This document shows, one piece after another, positions 1 to 9,574 of a DNA stretch of 64,000 bases. The notes beneath the pieces are model-generated. The model was given only the letters and a program-made list of their open reading frames with translations. It did no database searches and was not told the origin of the DNA. The stretch is taken from positions 5,753-69,752 of IMG/VR virus record IMGVR_UViG_3300041964_000087; one strand, 5' to 3'. Every line of letters starts with the position of its first letter. Position 1 is the first letter of the stretch. The DNA comes from a virus. Made by a program: the position numbers and the translations under genes.

Positions 1-2
1 CC

Positions 3-419
3 ACGACCACCGCCCCCAAAATCGAATACCAGCTTTACCACGCCGAACTCAAGCGCCGCTACCTAACCGATAACTCCGAACTGTTGTTGGGTTCCGCAAC
101 AATCCAGGTTCCCAAAGACTTGAAAGATCGCACAGGAGAAACGCTGACCAAGCGTGAGGTGTGGGACGCCTTTGCTCAAGCTGTCTGCTACTGCCTGATT
201 TCCTCCAGTGCCGGGGAAGAAAAGGGTGTGAATCAGATTTTTCTTTTCGATAACCGTTGGAATTTATTGGAGCGACTGGAAACGAATGTGTGGGAGGAGA
301 ACGGCTGCACTCCCACTTACCAGAAGCCGATGGATGATGCGACGGCTGATGTGGCGTGGGAAGCCTTCAAGCGCTGTCAAATTGACGTGCAATGGCTCAA
401 AGTTCCAGTTGTTGCTTAA
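3..419 (+). CDS. Hypothetical protein, 5'-truncated by window edge
   Basis: Frame of ORF 84..419 is open back to position 3. Confidence 0.6.
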   Translation, partial: TTTAPKIEYQLYHAELKRRYLTDNSELLLGSATIQVPKDLKDRTGETLTKREVWDAFAQAVCYCLISSSAGEEKGVNQIFLFDNRWNLLERLETNVWEENGCTPTYQKPMDDATADVAWEAFKRCQIDVQWLKVPVVA

Positions 420-454
420 ATACGCAGCGTTTTTCGTTTTTACTTATTACCTCA

Positions 455-910
455 ATGTCTAAATTCACACAGCTTGATCTATTTCAAACCGCTGCACCTA
501 AATCAGTCTCGACATTGAAATGCCTGTTTCTTAAACAAGCCTACGCTTACGCTCTTTTCCACGGCAAAGACATTGAAAACAGGACGTGGAGAGTGAATCA
601 TCGAGGGCTGGTATTGATCGGCGCCTCAAAGTTTGACGAAAACTATTACCTCGAATCAGTTCAGGTATGTATGGAGCGAGGCTTGCTCATTCCTCCCCCT
701 GACTTACTGGCGTTTGGTGCAATCGTCGGCGTAGTTGATTTGGTCGATATCACTTGGGGACATGAATCGAAGGGCTGGGGATTTGCCAACCAGTGGCACT
801 GGCACGTAACCAATGCGCGGGAGTTTCGAGAGCCGATTAAGTATCGAGGGATGCCAGGGCTGTTTGATGTGCCAATGACGCTACAGGAGGTTAATGAACT
901 ATGCAGGTAA
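455..910 (+). CDS. ASCH/PUA-domain protein
   Basis: LKQAYAYALFHGKDIENRTW..HRGLVLIGAS and GAIVGVVDLVD..W.W..PIKYRGMPGLF match the ASCH signature; ATG at 455 preferred over 392. Confidence 0.85.
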   Translation: MSKFTQLDLFQTAAPKSVSTLKCLFLKQAYAYALFHGKDIENRTWRVNHRGLVLIGASKFDENYYLESVQVCMERGLLIPPPDLLAFGAIVGVVDLVDITWGHESKGWGFANQWHWHVTNAREFREPIKYRGMPGLFDVPMTLQEVNELCR

Positions 911-1479
911 ACAAGTTCCAGTTACTTGAAGAAATCCGCAATTTGAGCGAAAAAGAATCCCAGTTAGCAGGGCGAAAAGCGGCGATCCATAAAGACCAAA
1001 TTCTTTATTTATTCAGCCTTGGGCAGAAGATTCAACAACTGTATGAAGCGTGCGAAAAGCATGGGGAATACAAAGTCTTATTAGCCAAGATTGATATGTA
1101 TTGGGTGACCGCTAACCGGACTCGAAAGACCTGGTTGTTCTTTGGACAATACCGCAAGGAGCCGTGGATATTTAACTTTGGCAAATCCGCTTTGTTTGAA
1201 CTAGTTCACGCCTCAGAACCAGACATGGAAATTATTGAACACGCGATCGCTCTGGCAAAAAGCGGGGTGAAAGTTGGCGTCGCTTGGGTGCGGAATGCGA
1301 CTGATAAGAAGCGTTCTGGGGTGCCAATAGACGCCAAAGTAGTTCATGCGGCGACGATTCGTAAAGTACGGCTCAGCGCTAAAGTCCGAAAGCTTGTTCA
1401 CGCCGTTGTGGATGAGATTGGTGAGGATGAATTGGTGAAGGTACTGGAACAAATACGGCAGCGGAAGGAGGCGAGTTGA
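901..1479 (+). CDS. DUF3102-like phage protein
   Basis: LGQKI..HGEY..TANR..F..SALFEL pattern; overlaps both neighbours as in an operon. Confidence 0.55.
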   Translation: MQVNKFQLLEEIRNLSEKESQLAGRKAAIHKDQILYLFSLGQKIQQLYEACEKHGEYKVLLAKIDMYWVTANRTRKTWLFFGQYRKEPWIFNFGKSALFELVHASEPDMEIIEHAIALAKSGVKVGVAWVRNATDKKRSGVPIDAKVVHAATIRKVRLSAKVRKLVHAVVDEIGEDELVKVLEQIRQRKEAS

Positions 1480-2522
1480 TGCGCGGGTTTAAAAAGGGCA
1501 GCAATGAGGCGATCGCACCTGCCTCTAGAAATGAATGCTCACCATGCTCGACGAGTTTGCCGGAATCGGAGGCGCCACAATCGCCGGCGACTGGCTTGGA
1601 ATTAGAACAACCCAGTTCGTTGAAATCGACCCAGACGCCCAATCCGTCCTTAGACACCACTACCCAGACATTCCAATCCACCCAGACATTAGAACCTATC
1701 ACCCTAAGCCCAGAGAGTATGACATCCATTGGAGTTCATTCCCTTGCACAGGAACAAGCTGTGCTGGCACTCGAACCGGACTTAATCACGCCGAATCCGG
1801 TTTGTGGTTTGAATCCTTGCGATGCATCGTCGAAGGAAGACCCAGTTTCGTTGCTATCGAAAATCCAGAAGGGCTTATCAACCGAGGACTTAGAGAAGTA
1901 CTTGCCTCACTCAGAATGGTTGGATATACGTGGGACGATCCGCAGCTCATATCGGCAGCATGGTTCGGTGCTGTTCACCGCAGAAACCGCTTATTCATTA
2001 TTTCCTACCCCAACGAGCTACTCCGAAGGTTCCGACACCCACCGACCCGCTGGGCAGAACAAGTTAGAGCGGACGTTGAAACTGTTGCCAACACCTATCG
2101 CTTCTACGGGGGGAGTAACCCAGGACTTGACCAAGGGAGGGAATCGGTTAGAGAGAGAATTGAAGTTACTGCCAACGCCAATGGCAAGGGATGGGAAGGG
2201 TCGAACGGGAACACCAAACGAGAGTCTTGCCGAACCGATTCAGGAATACTTGATGGGCAAAGACAAAATGCACCCAGCGGTTCCAGGATGGATGATGGGG
2301 TTCCCTCTTGGCTATGCGGAAGACGTATTGATGGTTGGTGGAAAGCAAACCCCGCTCCTCAATACCCAGGCGTCCCCAGCCGGACGCCAGGACGCCGCGA
2401 CTGTATCAAACTCTACGGTCGCTCGGTCATGCCGCAACAAGCAGCGATCGCGCTTAAAAGAATCCAATACCTTAGCGGACTTCTTGAGCTGGGATGAATA
2501 CCAAAAGCGCCGAGGGAAGTAG
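1476..2522 (+). CDS. Overlapping-frame ORF, putative second methyltransferase subunit (TRD-like LPTP repeats + motif IX)
   Basis: 348 open codons spanning the MTase gene; three L[FL]PTP repeats and HPAVPGWMMGFPLGY. Confidence 0.7.
   Translation: MMRGFKKGSNEAIAPASRNECSPCSTSLPESEAPQSPATGLELEQPSSLKSTQTPNPSLDTTTQTFQSTQTLEPITLSPESMTSIGVHSLAQEQAVLALEPDLITPNPVCGLNPCDASSKEDPVSLLSKIQKGLSTEDLEKYLPHSEWLDIRGTIRSSYRQHGSVLFTAETAYSLFPTPTSYSEGSDTHRPAGQNKLERTLKLLPTPIASTGGVTQDLTKGGNRLERELKLLPTPMARDGKGRTGTPNESLAEPIQEYLMGKDKMHPAVPGWMMGFPLGYAEDVLMVGGKQTPLLNTQASPAGRQDAATVSNSTVARSCRNKQRSRLKESNTLADFLSWDEYQKRRGK
1535..2497 (+). CDS. DNA (cytosine-5) methyltransferase, catalytic chain (motifs I-VIII and X)
   Basis: FAGIGG (I), FPC (IV), ENPEG (VI), HRRNRLFI (VIII), YGRSVMPQ (X). 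Confidence 0.92.
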   Translation: MLTMLDEFAGIGGATIAGDWLGIRTTQFVEIDPDAQSVLRHHYPDIPIHPDIRTYHPKPREYDIHWSSFPCTGTSCAGTRTGLNHAESGLWFESLRCIVEGRPSFVAIENPEGLINRGLREVLASLRMVGYTWDDPQLISAAWFGAVHRRNRLFIISYPNELLRRFRHPPTRWAEQVRADVETVANTYRFYGGSNPGLDQGRESVRERIEVTANANGKGWEGSNGNTKRESCRTDSGILDGQRQNAPSGSRMDDGVPSWLCGRRIDGWWKANPAPQYPGVPSRTPGRRDCIKLYGRSVMPQQAAIALKRIQYLSGLLELG

Positions 2523-2566
2523 TTCCGGTAATAGGGATTATCGGTATAAACGCAGGGACTGCGGAT

Positions 2567-3085
2567 TTAGGCAAGATTCATTTTGCCATTTTTACCAAAT
2601 GTCAGTGGAACGTTGGTCGAACTCGCGATCGCGTTCCAACTCTTAATCTCTGCCGCAGTTGGCTTGTCCGACAGTTCATCGATCAATACCCCCCACATTG
2701 CCGCCACAATTGGCAGTTCTGGGGGGTTTTGGCTGACGGCGGTTTCCATTCTTGTGACGCGCAGGACATTTGACGCAAGAGTGACGCGATCATAGCCAGC
2801 GTCTCGCAGCATCCCAACACGAAAACCCAAGTAGTCAGGCTGCGGCAGTGGTTCGGGTGGAGGTGGGGGTAGAATCCATTCCTTAGCTGAGAAATCCCAG
2901 AAATGTGCCTCACTGGGTTGGTGCGGTTTTTCAAGAACCGTTCCTTCTTTGATATAAAAAGCGGTTGGATTGGCGGCTTGATCTGGCGATACTTCTATCA
3001 CTTTCCAGCCGCTAGGTAAAACCTCAGGGAGTTCTGTTGCGTCTCCTACTCGTTCATCGTTTTCAATTAGCCAGTAAAGCATCAA
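2567..3085 (-). CDS. Putative tail fibre assembly/associated protein
   Basis: Last gene of the fibre cluster; PSEAHFWDFSAKEW motif resembles tail fibre chaperones. Confidence 0.5.
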   Translation of the reverse strand: MMLYWLIENDERVGDATELPEVLPSGWKVIEVSPDQAANPTAFYIKEGTVLEKPHQPSEAHFWDFSAKEWILPPPPPEPLPQPDYLGFRVGMLRDAGYDRVTLASNVLRVTRMETAVSQNPPELPIVAAMWGVLIDELSDKPTAAEIKSWNAIASSTNVPLTFGKNGKMNLA

Positions 3086-4453
3086 GGCATCCTATATTGA
3101 ATTGATAATAATCCTGGCTGTCCTGCGAGTCCATCGTTGGAACCTGCAACGGTTCCTGTTGCCCCGCCAAGTCCCCCAAAACTTGCGCCCGCTGTTGCAC
3201 CACGAGCGGCATCAGCGTTCCCTAACCCCAAAGCACCACCACTCACGAGTGTTTGAAATCCTTGAATAAGATTGACGACGGGAGAAATGATAATTACTCG
3301 TCCGCCACCGCCACCGCCACCGCCACCGCCGCGAGCGATCGCGTTTGACCCCCTTCCGCCACGGACATCCAGTATGCTCGTTGCACCTAACGTGATTGAA
3401 TTGGGGCAAAGGATTTTTATCTTTCCGCCCGTTCCGCCGCCCGCGCCAGTAATTACAAGGTTAGTGTTTCCGGCGAGGCTACTGCTTCCCGTCGTGGCAT
3501 CTCCTCCACGGGCAATGATGCTCCCCGTTGATTGTGACTGTGCCGCCGCATTCAATTAAAATCCCACCACCACCGGGTCCACCACTCGCCAAACGAATGA
3601 AGTTCGCTGAATCAGAGCTTGTTGCCGACACGGTTCCACCGTACCCGGAGCCAGCGCCTGAACCGCAAGGATACCAATCTAAATCTTCGTAAATCTCGGT
3701 CGGTAGGTTTAGCGTAGATGTTCCGGGTCCAACACCAGGGAATCCACCGATAAGGGCGGCATTGACCCCGCTGTAGCCTTGTCCACCTGGAGCGTAAGGG
3801 GTGATTGTGACGGTTGCTCCAGTATCAATAACTAAGTCTTCCGCTACTTCCAAATGAAGGAATTGTCTAACAGTCAGTGCTGCGGTAGAACGCAGTCTAA
3901 AACTTCTGAACGTGCGCTTTCCTGATAGGGTGTCACTTCCCGATAAATCATAATCACTACTCTCGGCGTTCCCCCCTAGCACCCGCAGGTGAGAAAAAGG
4001 AGGCGCAACTTGGAATCGTCTTCGCCTATCTGCGATCGCGGTTATCGTTCCCCCCACTGCGGTGACAAGCGCCATACGAAAAGCGGTTCTAGGCGCACGG
4101 GTAGAACTGCGGACAACTCCCGTATTGTCTACGAAGATGAAGCTCTCAGCGTTGTTTGCAACCGCAATTTGCCCAGGTGCAACCAGTAGTGGCTGATAGT
4201 TTGTCGAGTACGCCACCCCGCCGCTGTAATTTACGCTCAGCCCACTTCCAGCAAATACTGCCAACTCATCTCGAAATCCCTGCCACTGGGGCTTGATATT
4301 TCCCGCCTCGTTTGCTAAAGCATCGTCTGTTAAACGGCGCAGGTTGCCGGGAGACTCCTCTTCCGTTGCGTTTTTGTTGAACTTGGGGCGAAGGAAAGCG
4401 TTGAAGTCTTCCGGTGGAACAATCGTATTAAGGGTGTAAGTGGGAAGTACCAT
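3082..4453 (-). CDS. Glycine-rich tail fibre/receptor-binding protein, split by a 1-nt frameshift near 3525 (ORFs 3479..4453 and 3082..3555)
   Basis: Removing one G from AACGGGGAGC fuses GGTVTING to SIIARGGDA; GGGGGGG.I.I repeats continue across both ORFs. Confidence 0.75.
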
Positions 4454-5643
4454 TAAATTCCAGTGACAATCACGTAATAAAGTGTGGTTGTTCCCGTAAT
4501 GGAAATACTAGGAACATTAAATGTTGTTGAACCATCCCCAGCGCCAAATGTGGTGCCAATTATTGCAAAGAGAGCGCTAAAAGTGGTTCGTGATATTGCT
4601 TGCCCATTGGCGCGGATTGTACGAGTAGGCGGGTTTGGGGAAGACGCGATTACAAGAGCGCTTATTTGTAATTGAATTTGTGCCGCATCCGCTCTATCTG
4701 CATATTCGCAGGTTGCTAGAGCGGTTCTATTTGTTCCAGTTCCTGTGTTAAGAGCTTGAGTCGGTGCTGTGGGAACTCCTGTTAGGTTTGGATTAGCGAG
4801 GGGCGCCCTAGTGTTGAGTTGGGCAACGGTTGCTCTGTTTATTATTTCGTCATAGACAGCATTCTTGCTGGGGGCATTTAAATCGGTGTCCCATGCCGCA
4901 CTGAATGCGGCATCGTTCCCGCCCGTTCCGCCTGGTTCCCCTTTGGCGGCTGTCAACTGCCATATTGCGGGACTGGTCAAAGGCGGCTCATTGATTGAGG
5001 TATTTGCAAGGCATTGGTAAGTTGAGCCGCCCACAAGAACTTGATTGCCGCGACGGTACAGGGTAGTTGGGTTCCAGTTGCCTTGGCTGATAAAGAGGTT
5101 AACAAGAGACTGCAAGAAACTGGGGTTGCCTCGCAGCAAGTCAGCAACTTGTTGTGCTGTCTGTGGCGTTCGGTCTGTTGCAAATCCCGTTCGTCGAAGC
5201 TGGGCAAAGTCGATGCTAGCAACGTTAGGCACGATCGCTTGGAAACTCTCGCCTGCGGTTTCCTCTCGGACTGAGGCGACTCGCTCTAAAGGGAAAGAGT
5301 CAGGCGTGCGAGTCACACCAGAGTAATACTTGCCGTCTGTGTGGAGGTTTGAGGGTAAGTCCTGGTTTGTAGCGTAGAAGCTTCCGTCTAAACGAAAGTA
5401 GTTAAAGTCAGTGAATGATTGAAGGATACTGAAAGTGTAGGAGACTTGGGCGCTGGCTGATTCTTTGAGGTCAACGTTTGCGATCGCTCCATTCACTATC
5501 GGAAAATCATGCTCAATCTGTAGTAAGTAGCTGTCTGGCGTTGTTTCGGCGTCGATTAAGGGGGCGTCCAGTTTGACACGTAGGATGCCGGAGGCGATCG
5601 CAATTCCCCCGGAGTTTTTAAATATGCCTGTAATTAAGGTCAG
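4453..5643 (-). CDS. Tail fibre protein with carbohydrate-binding-like module and C-terminal phage tail collar domain
   Basis: ANGQAISRTTFSALFAIIGTTFGAGDGSTTFNVP (collar); WNPTTLY..GNQV..GSTYQC (CBM5/12-like); frame open 49 codons upstream of 5496 to a CTG with AGGAGA RBS. Confidence 0.85.
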   Translation of the reverse strand: MTLITGIFKNSGGIAIASGILRVKLDAPLIDAETTPDSYLLQIEHDFPIVNGAIANVDLKESASAQVSYTFSILQSFTDFNYFRLDGSFYATNQDLPSNLHTDGKYYSGVTRTPDSFPLERVASVREETAGESFQAIVPNVASIDFAQLRRTGFATDRTPQTAQQVADLLRGNPSFLQSLVNLFISQGNWNPTTLYRRGNQVLVGGSTYQCLANTSINEPPLTSPAIWQLTAAKGEPGGTGGNDAAFSAAWDTDLNAPSKNAVYDEIINRATVAQLNTRAPLANPNLTGVPTAPTQALNTGTGTNRTALATCEYADRADAAQIQLQISALVIASSPNPPTRTIRANGQAISRTTFSALFAIIGTTFGAGDGSTTFNVPSISITGTTTLYYVIVTGI

Positions 5644-5730
5644 ATGGGTTCTCCTAGGCGCTCAATTTCCCACCTGACTATCGTAAAGCAAATGCCGACG
5701 AACGTCTCTAAGGGCTTTGTGATTAGTGAT

Positions 5731-5750
5731 TCCCCATAACGTTATGGGGA
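5731..5750. terminator. Perfect 20-bp palindrome downstream of inserted gene
   Basis: TCCCCATAACGTTATGGGGA. Confidence 0.4.
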
Positions 5751-5760
5751 GAATTGGCAA

Positions 5761-6243
5761 TCAATATCGGTCGTACTCGCTACCAATCCCTGTGATAGTC
5801 GGCTGTTCATTTGTTATTAACTTTTGAACCATGTTTGCGATCGCTTCCTCTGGAGTTGGGAAATACACGCCGCTTCTCAGGTTGATGGTGTATATTGCCC
5901 AGTCCCATCCTTCCTCTTCTTCATCATAAAAAACTTCTGCGCCTACATGCACAAGGAGTTGTAATAGCGTTGATTGGTCTGCACTTGGTTTGGTTTGCAC
6001 GCTACAGATAGGAACTATCTTCCCTGTATTTAGGTGAAGTGCGTGACCTTTAGGGATTGGATTGATTACCAGCAACTCAGGATTCTTGTTAATGCGTGTG
6101 GTATCAACTTTAAGCGTCCCTGAAAAGCCGCCAACAAGATGAGGGTGGGTTTTAGCAAGTTCATAGTCGCTCTTGTAATTCTTGTAATTATTGGTGCTTA
6201 CTCCGCGCAAGTTGTTTATCCAGCGTCGCAAATTCTGAAACAT
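5761..6243 (-). CDS. Hypothetical protein (moron-like insertion in tail region)
   Basis: 160-aa ORF, AT-rich flanks. Confidence 0.6.
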   Translation of the reverse strand: MFQNLRRWINNLRGVSTNNYKNYKSDYELAKTHPHLVGGFSGTLKVDTTRINKNPELLVINPIPKGHALHLNTGKIVPICSVQTKPSADQSTLLQLLVHVGAEVFYDEEEEGWDWAIYTINLRSGVYFPTPEEAIANMVQKLITNEQPTITGIGSEYDRY

Positions 6244-6380
6244 TTTATTTTCTTCCTGTTGTAGTTTATGGGTTCGTTAGAACGAGACTTCTAAATAGTT
6301 GGTGGGTTGTTTTTCCTTGCCCCTGCACAAATGAAAAACTGAACAATTGCATTTCTGTAAAGTTGAATTAGTGAACTTTT

Positions 6381-6995
6381 TCAAATCGGTTCTCCCACAG
6401 CCGATAACCCCGCTCTAAACCTGTCGTAATGCACGAAGGAATTGTTGAGGGTAACTGGCGAACACCAGCACGGCATATACAGCCGATTCAACCGCTCTAT
6501 CAACCTCCATTCGTCGCTAGTCCTCAAGTAAAACGATCGCCCCGCAGAATTAACCAAGATTGTGTAGCTGAGTGGATCGCCGCCAATGGGGGCGCCAATT
6601 CGCGTCACGCCAGCCAGCCACGCTCCCTGAATAACGATGGTTGCATCCAGTTCAAATAAGTTGAATAAATATTGAAGTAAAAATAGCGTTCCCTTGTATG
6701 CCCAGATTGTTTGGGCGTCTTTGATTAGCTGGCGCTTGATTGAATCTTTCCAGGTTGAATCCCAGTATTCGCCTGTGAAGCCCATTAGTTGGGCTAGCCA
6801 GTCGAGGGCGTCGGCACGGGCAGTGTCTGGGTCTATGAAGTCGCGGTCGAAATTGAGGATGGCGGTTTGGATTTCAATGAGCGTGGCGTCAAACCCGCTA
6901 GTCACCCAATCACTTATTGGGGGGTCTTGGTCTTGCCATCCGTACAGCGGCAAACGGCGGAAAATTGGGCGCTGCTCTTGGTTCCAGGCTGACAT
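6381..6995 (-). CDS. Baseplate wedge / tail protein I (P2 gpI-like)
   Basis: IDPDTARADALDWLAQLMG..W..KRQLIKDA..YKGT; follows baseplate J. Confidence 0.85.
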   Translation of the reverse strand: MSAWNQEQRPIFRRLPLYGWQDQDPPISDWVTSGFDATLIEIQTAILNFDRDFIDPDTARADALDWLAQLMGFTGEYWDSTWKDSIKRQLIKDAQTIWAYKGTLFLLQYLFNLFELDATIVIQGAWLAGVTRIGAPIGGDPLSYTILVNSAGRSFYLRTSDEWRLIERLNRLYMPCWCSPVTLNNSFVHYDRFRAGLSAVGEPI

Positions 6996-7038
6996 AAGTG
7001 CGATCGCGAGTTAACTAAATCCGCAGTGTTTTTCGTTT

Positions 7039-8280
7039 TTAATCGAGATCTCCACTCAGGGTGCCAAATGAAAACTCGAAAGTTTGATTATTCCGGCTAT
7101 CCACTAAATCAATAGTACAGCCTAGCTGATAACCCGCTGTCCATTCGTTCGGCAGTGGAATGTTACTGTAAAACGTCTCCACATTTACTGACTGAGTATC
7201 GTCGTCATAGCTGGCGTGATTGACGCTGAGCGCTTGCACGTCTTGAACCCCTGCATTCTGCACAATACTGATCAGCGTGTAGAGGACAATGGTTTGACCA
7301 AGGGGTAAGTTCCCCGGCGCCAGATAAGCTTCCAACGCATCATTAATCGCCCTTGCTCGTACTTCTGGATTATCCCCAGGAATCAGCGTTGCAATTATAT
7401 AGGGTTCCAGCGCGTAGAGTTCGATGCTGGAAACGGTTACACCAGTGGCGATCGCCGTATTCATATCCCCCTGCAAGAATACAGGAAGCTGCGAGTTCAT
7501 CTCAGTTTGCAGGTTTAGCGCCTGTGCCGATGTCAACTGACTTCCGTCTGGGTTTAAGCAGAATATATGGACATAACCCGCCTTCTTGCTTTGCTTGTCA
7601 GGGGTTAAGAGTCCAACTGCCTTCGCCACACTACCCAGTCCCAACACTTCTGCGGCGTACTGTTCAAAGTCATCAGCACTAATCAGAACGCCCTTTTTAC
7701 GCCGGATGGTTTGGAATCCCCGCGCGATCGCTTCTTCCTGCGTCTCAGCGTCCAATCCCCCCGCTGCCGCCTCAAGGTTGGTGACTGATTGGAGGAATGC
7801 TCTGGTTTGGGTAAGGTTGACAATGGTGTATGCCGGAACGTTGTAGCGGGTCCCAACTTCCTTGGCTGTAGCGGTGACGGTGAATTGGAATGTATTGGTG
7901 AGAGCCACATCCTCATCAGTGAAAAACTCGTAGCCGCCAGCGGTGACCATATAGCCTTTGCTCAATACGAATTGAGCCAGCGTTGTTGAGAGCGTGAAGG
8001 TTAACAGCACTTGGGCTTTCCTGCCCAGTCTTCTTTGGATGCCGCAGGTCTGCAAGTGACGGATGGCGGCTTTTTCTGCGATGCGATCGCAGGCGTATTC
8101 AATTTCTAACCTACAGAACTCGAAGGCGTCGGTGATGACGACCGTTGGGGCATGGGGTGCTCGGTCGTTAAGCAGCCCTTCAGAATTGCTTTCAATTAAA
8201 TTTAAAAGGTAAGGTCTAAGGTCGCGCTTGCCAAAAATACTGGGAGCAATTAGCGGGGTGAACTGTACGGGGTTTGTCAC
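7039..8280 (-). CDS. Baseplate J / Mu gp47 family protein
   Basis: VTATAKEVGTRYNV..VTNLEAAAGGLDAET..ISADDFE..GYVHIF. Confidence 0.92.
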   Translation of the reverse strand: MTNPVQFTPLIAPSIFGKRDLRPYLLNLIESNSEGLLNDRAPHAPTVVITDAFEFCRLEIEYACDRIAEKAAIRHLQTCGIQRRLGRKAQVLLTFTLSTTLAQFVLSKGYMVTAGGYEFFTDEDVALTNTFQFTVTATAKEVGTRYNVPAYTIVNLTQTRAFLQSVTNLEAAAGGLDAETQEEAIARGFQTIRRKKGVLISADDFEQYAAEVLGLGSVAKAVGLLTPDKQSKKAGYVHIFCLNPDGSQLTSAQALNLQTEMNSQLPVFLQGDMNTAIATGVTVSSIELYALEPYIIATLIPGDNPEVRARAINDALEAYLAPGNLPLGQTIVLYTLISIVQNAGVQDVQALSVNHASYDDDTQSVNVETFYSNIPLPNEWTAGYQLGCTIDLVDSRNNQTFEFSFGTLSGDLD

Positions 8281-8296
8281 ATTTTTACTGACTGTT

Positions 8297-8644
8297 TTAA
8301 ACGAAGGTTAGATCGTCTTCACATATCCATTTAGGCTGCTCACTTGGCAGTGCATTGTCTGGCAAAAAAGCATGGTTCATTTTTTCCCATCCCCTGCTTT
8401 TCCCAAATGGCTCACATTTCCACGCCCATCCTGAATACTGAGGGTTGCCATTGCTAACACATGGATCTCTCCAGACAGCACGTTTAGCTTCAGGCGGAAT
8501 AGATTGTTTTTCTGTTGGCGCAATGTTGTCAGTAAGGGTGATTACATCAGCGACAGACTGAGCAAGTTTGATTTTTAACTCATCTTTTAAGACGGCTGAT
8601 TCTGGTACATTGTCAGCCCATGCTTGCAATATCTGGTCAATCAT
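8297..8644 (-). CDS. Hypothetical protein
   Basis: 115-aa ORF packed between baseplate genes. Confidence 0.5.
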   Translation of the reverse strand: MIDQILQAWADNVPESAVLKDELKIKLAQSVADVITLTDNIAPTEKQSIPPEAKRAVWRDPCVSNGNPQYSGWAWKCEPFGKSRGWEKMNHAFLPDNALPSEQPKWICEDDLTFV

Positions 8645-8647
8645 TCG

Positions 8648-9001
8648 CTAATCGCTAACTCTTATTCGCAACGTTCGCACTCTCTCTGGTTCAATTTTAG
8701 CCACCCAGTTGAGAACCACAATCACCAGTCCATTATCATCCACAGTTCCCAAACCCGTACACGATTGGATTGTGGGGCATTGTTCTTCGACGGCGATCGC
8801 GAGTTTTTTGGCGATTAGGTCGGGGGTGGTGAGCGTTGAAAATGTAAAATCCGGCGTACCAGCAGAAACACGCATAATTCGCTCTTTAATACGTGTAAAG
8901 ATAGTAGCGATCGCATCCTGCTGGTCACGGTCGATGCCATCTGAAAGTTTTAATCCGCCGTTTTCAATAGTCCAAGGAAAGGTTGTACTTGTTCGAGTCA
9001 T
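8648..9001 (-). CDS. Baseplate wedge gpW/gp25-like protein
   Basis: FPWTIENG..IFTRIKERIMR..GTPD; position upstream of J. Confidence 0.75.
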   Translation of the reverse strand: MTRTSTTFPWTIENGGLKLSDGIDRDQQDAIATIFTRIKERIMRVSAGTPDFTFSTLTTPDLIAKKLAIAVEEQCPTIQSCTGLGTVDDNGLVIVVLNWVAKIEPERVRTLRIRVSD

Positions 9002-9280
9002 ATGGACAATTTAATCACTGAAACATTTCACAAAATAATAGAGATGTGGGTGCAAGCTCGTGATGAAGCAGTTATTTGCAATAGATTGCAAGCACAAGCT
9101 TACGCTGGCTTGATTGAGCAACACATTCTAGAAGAGTCAATCGGTACGGGTATTGACTTAAACGATAAGACAAAAGTGGTATGCCGTTCGCTTGTATATA
9201 ACGGCACGGTACTTGCTCAACTGACTAGGGTAGGCGGCTGTTACAGAGCAACGGTTGTTAATTTTCAGCAATCGCCTTGA
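9002..9280 (+). CDS. Hypothetical protein
   Basis: 92-aa ORF filling the gap between gpW-like and HTH genes. Confidence 0.4.
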   Translation: MDNLITETFHKIIEMWVQARDEAVICNRLQAQAYAGLIEQHILEESIGTGIDLNDKTKVVCRSLVYNGTVLAQLTRVGGCYRATVVNFQQSP

Positions 9281-9524
9281 TCGCTTCCATCATCGCCTGA
9301 ATCACTTCTGGTTTGATATCCACCCCTACCGCAGCCGCTACTTTCAACAGCGTGGGCAGTGGAACCAGTGGGTTGGGTCGTGCCTTGCGGGTTCCTTCCA
9401 CTAGCTTGATATTGTCGTGGCTCATCCCCGCCGCTGTCCCAATCTCGTGCAAGGTGCGATCGCCTCTCGCTTCCTTCAACACGCTCTCTAGTCCTGGAAT
9501 CTCAATCTCAATAGATACTCTCAT
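9258..9524 (-). CDS. XRE-family HTH regulator
   Basis: LKEARGDRTLHEIGTAAGMSHDNIKLVEG..PTLLKVAAAVGV. Confidence 0.8.
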   Translation of the reverse strand: MRVSIEIEIPGLESVLKEARGDRTLHEIGTAAGMSHDNIKLVEGTRKARPNPLVPLPTLLKVAAAVGVDIKPEVIQAMMEAIKAIAEN

Positions 9525-9545
9525 AAAAAAACTTTGTAAGCTTCC

Positions 9546-9574
9546 TTGACAATCTTAAGCCAGTGGCTTAAATT
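9546..9574 (+). promoter_or_regulatory. Sigma70 promoter with palindromic operator between -35 and -10
   Basis: TTGACA-17-TAAATT enclosing TTAAGCCA-G-TGGCTTAA; near-identical copy at 45883. Confidence 0.75.

Noticed and set aside
2567-5643. Diversity-generating retroelement or invertible fibre cassette
   Set aside because: No reverse transcriptase, invertase, template/variable repeat pair or flanking inverted sites seen
5640-5660. GEPI-stop peptide matching the end of the 6381..6995 protein as an insertion scar
   Set aside because: Only four codons with different nucleotides; explained by the AGGAGA RBS
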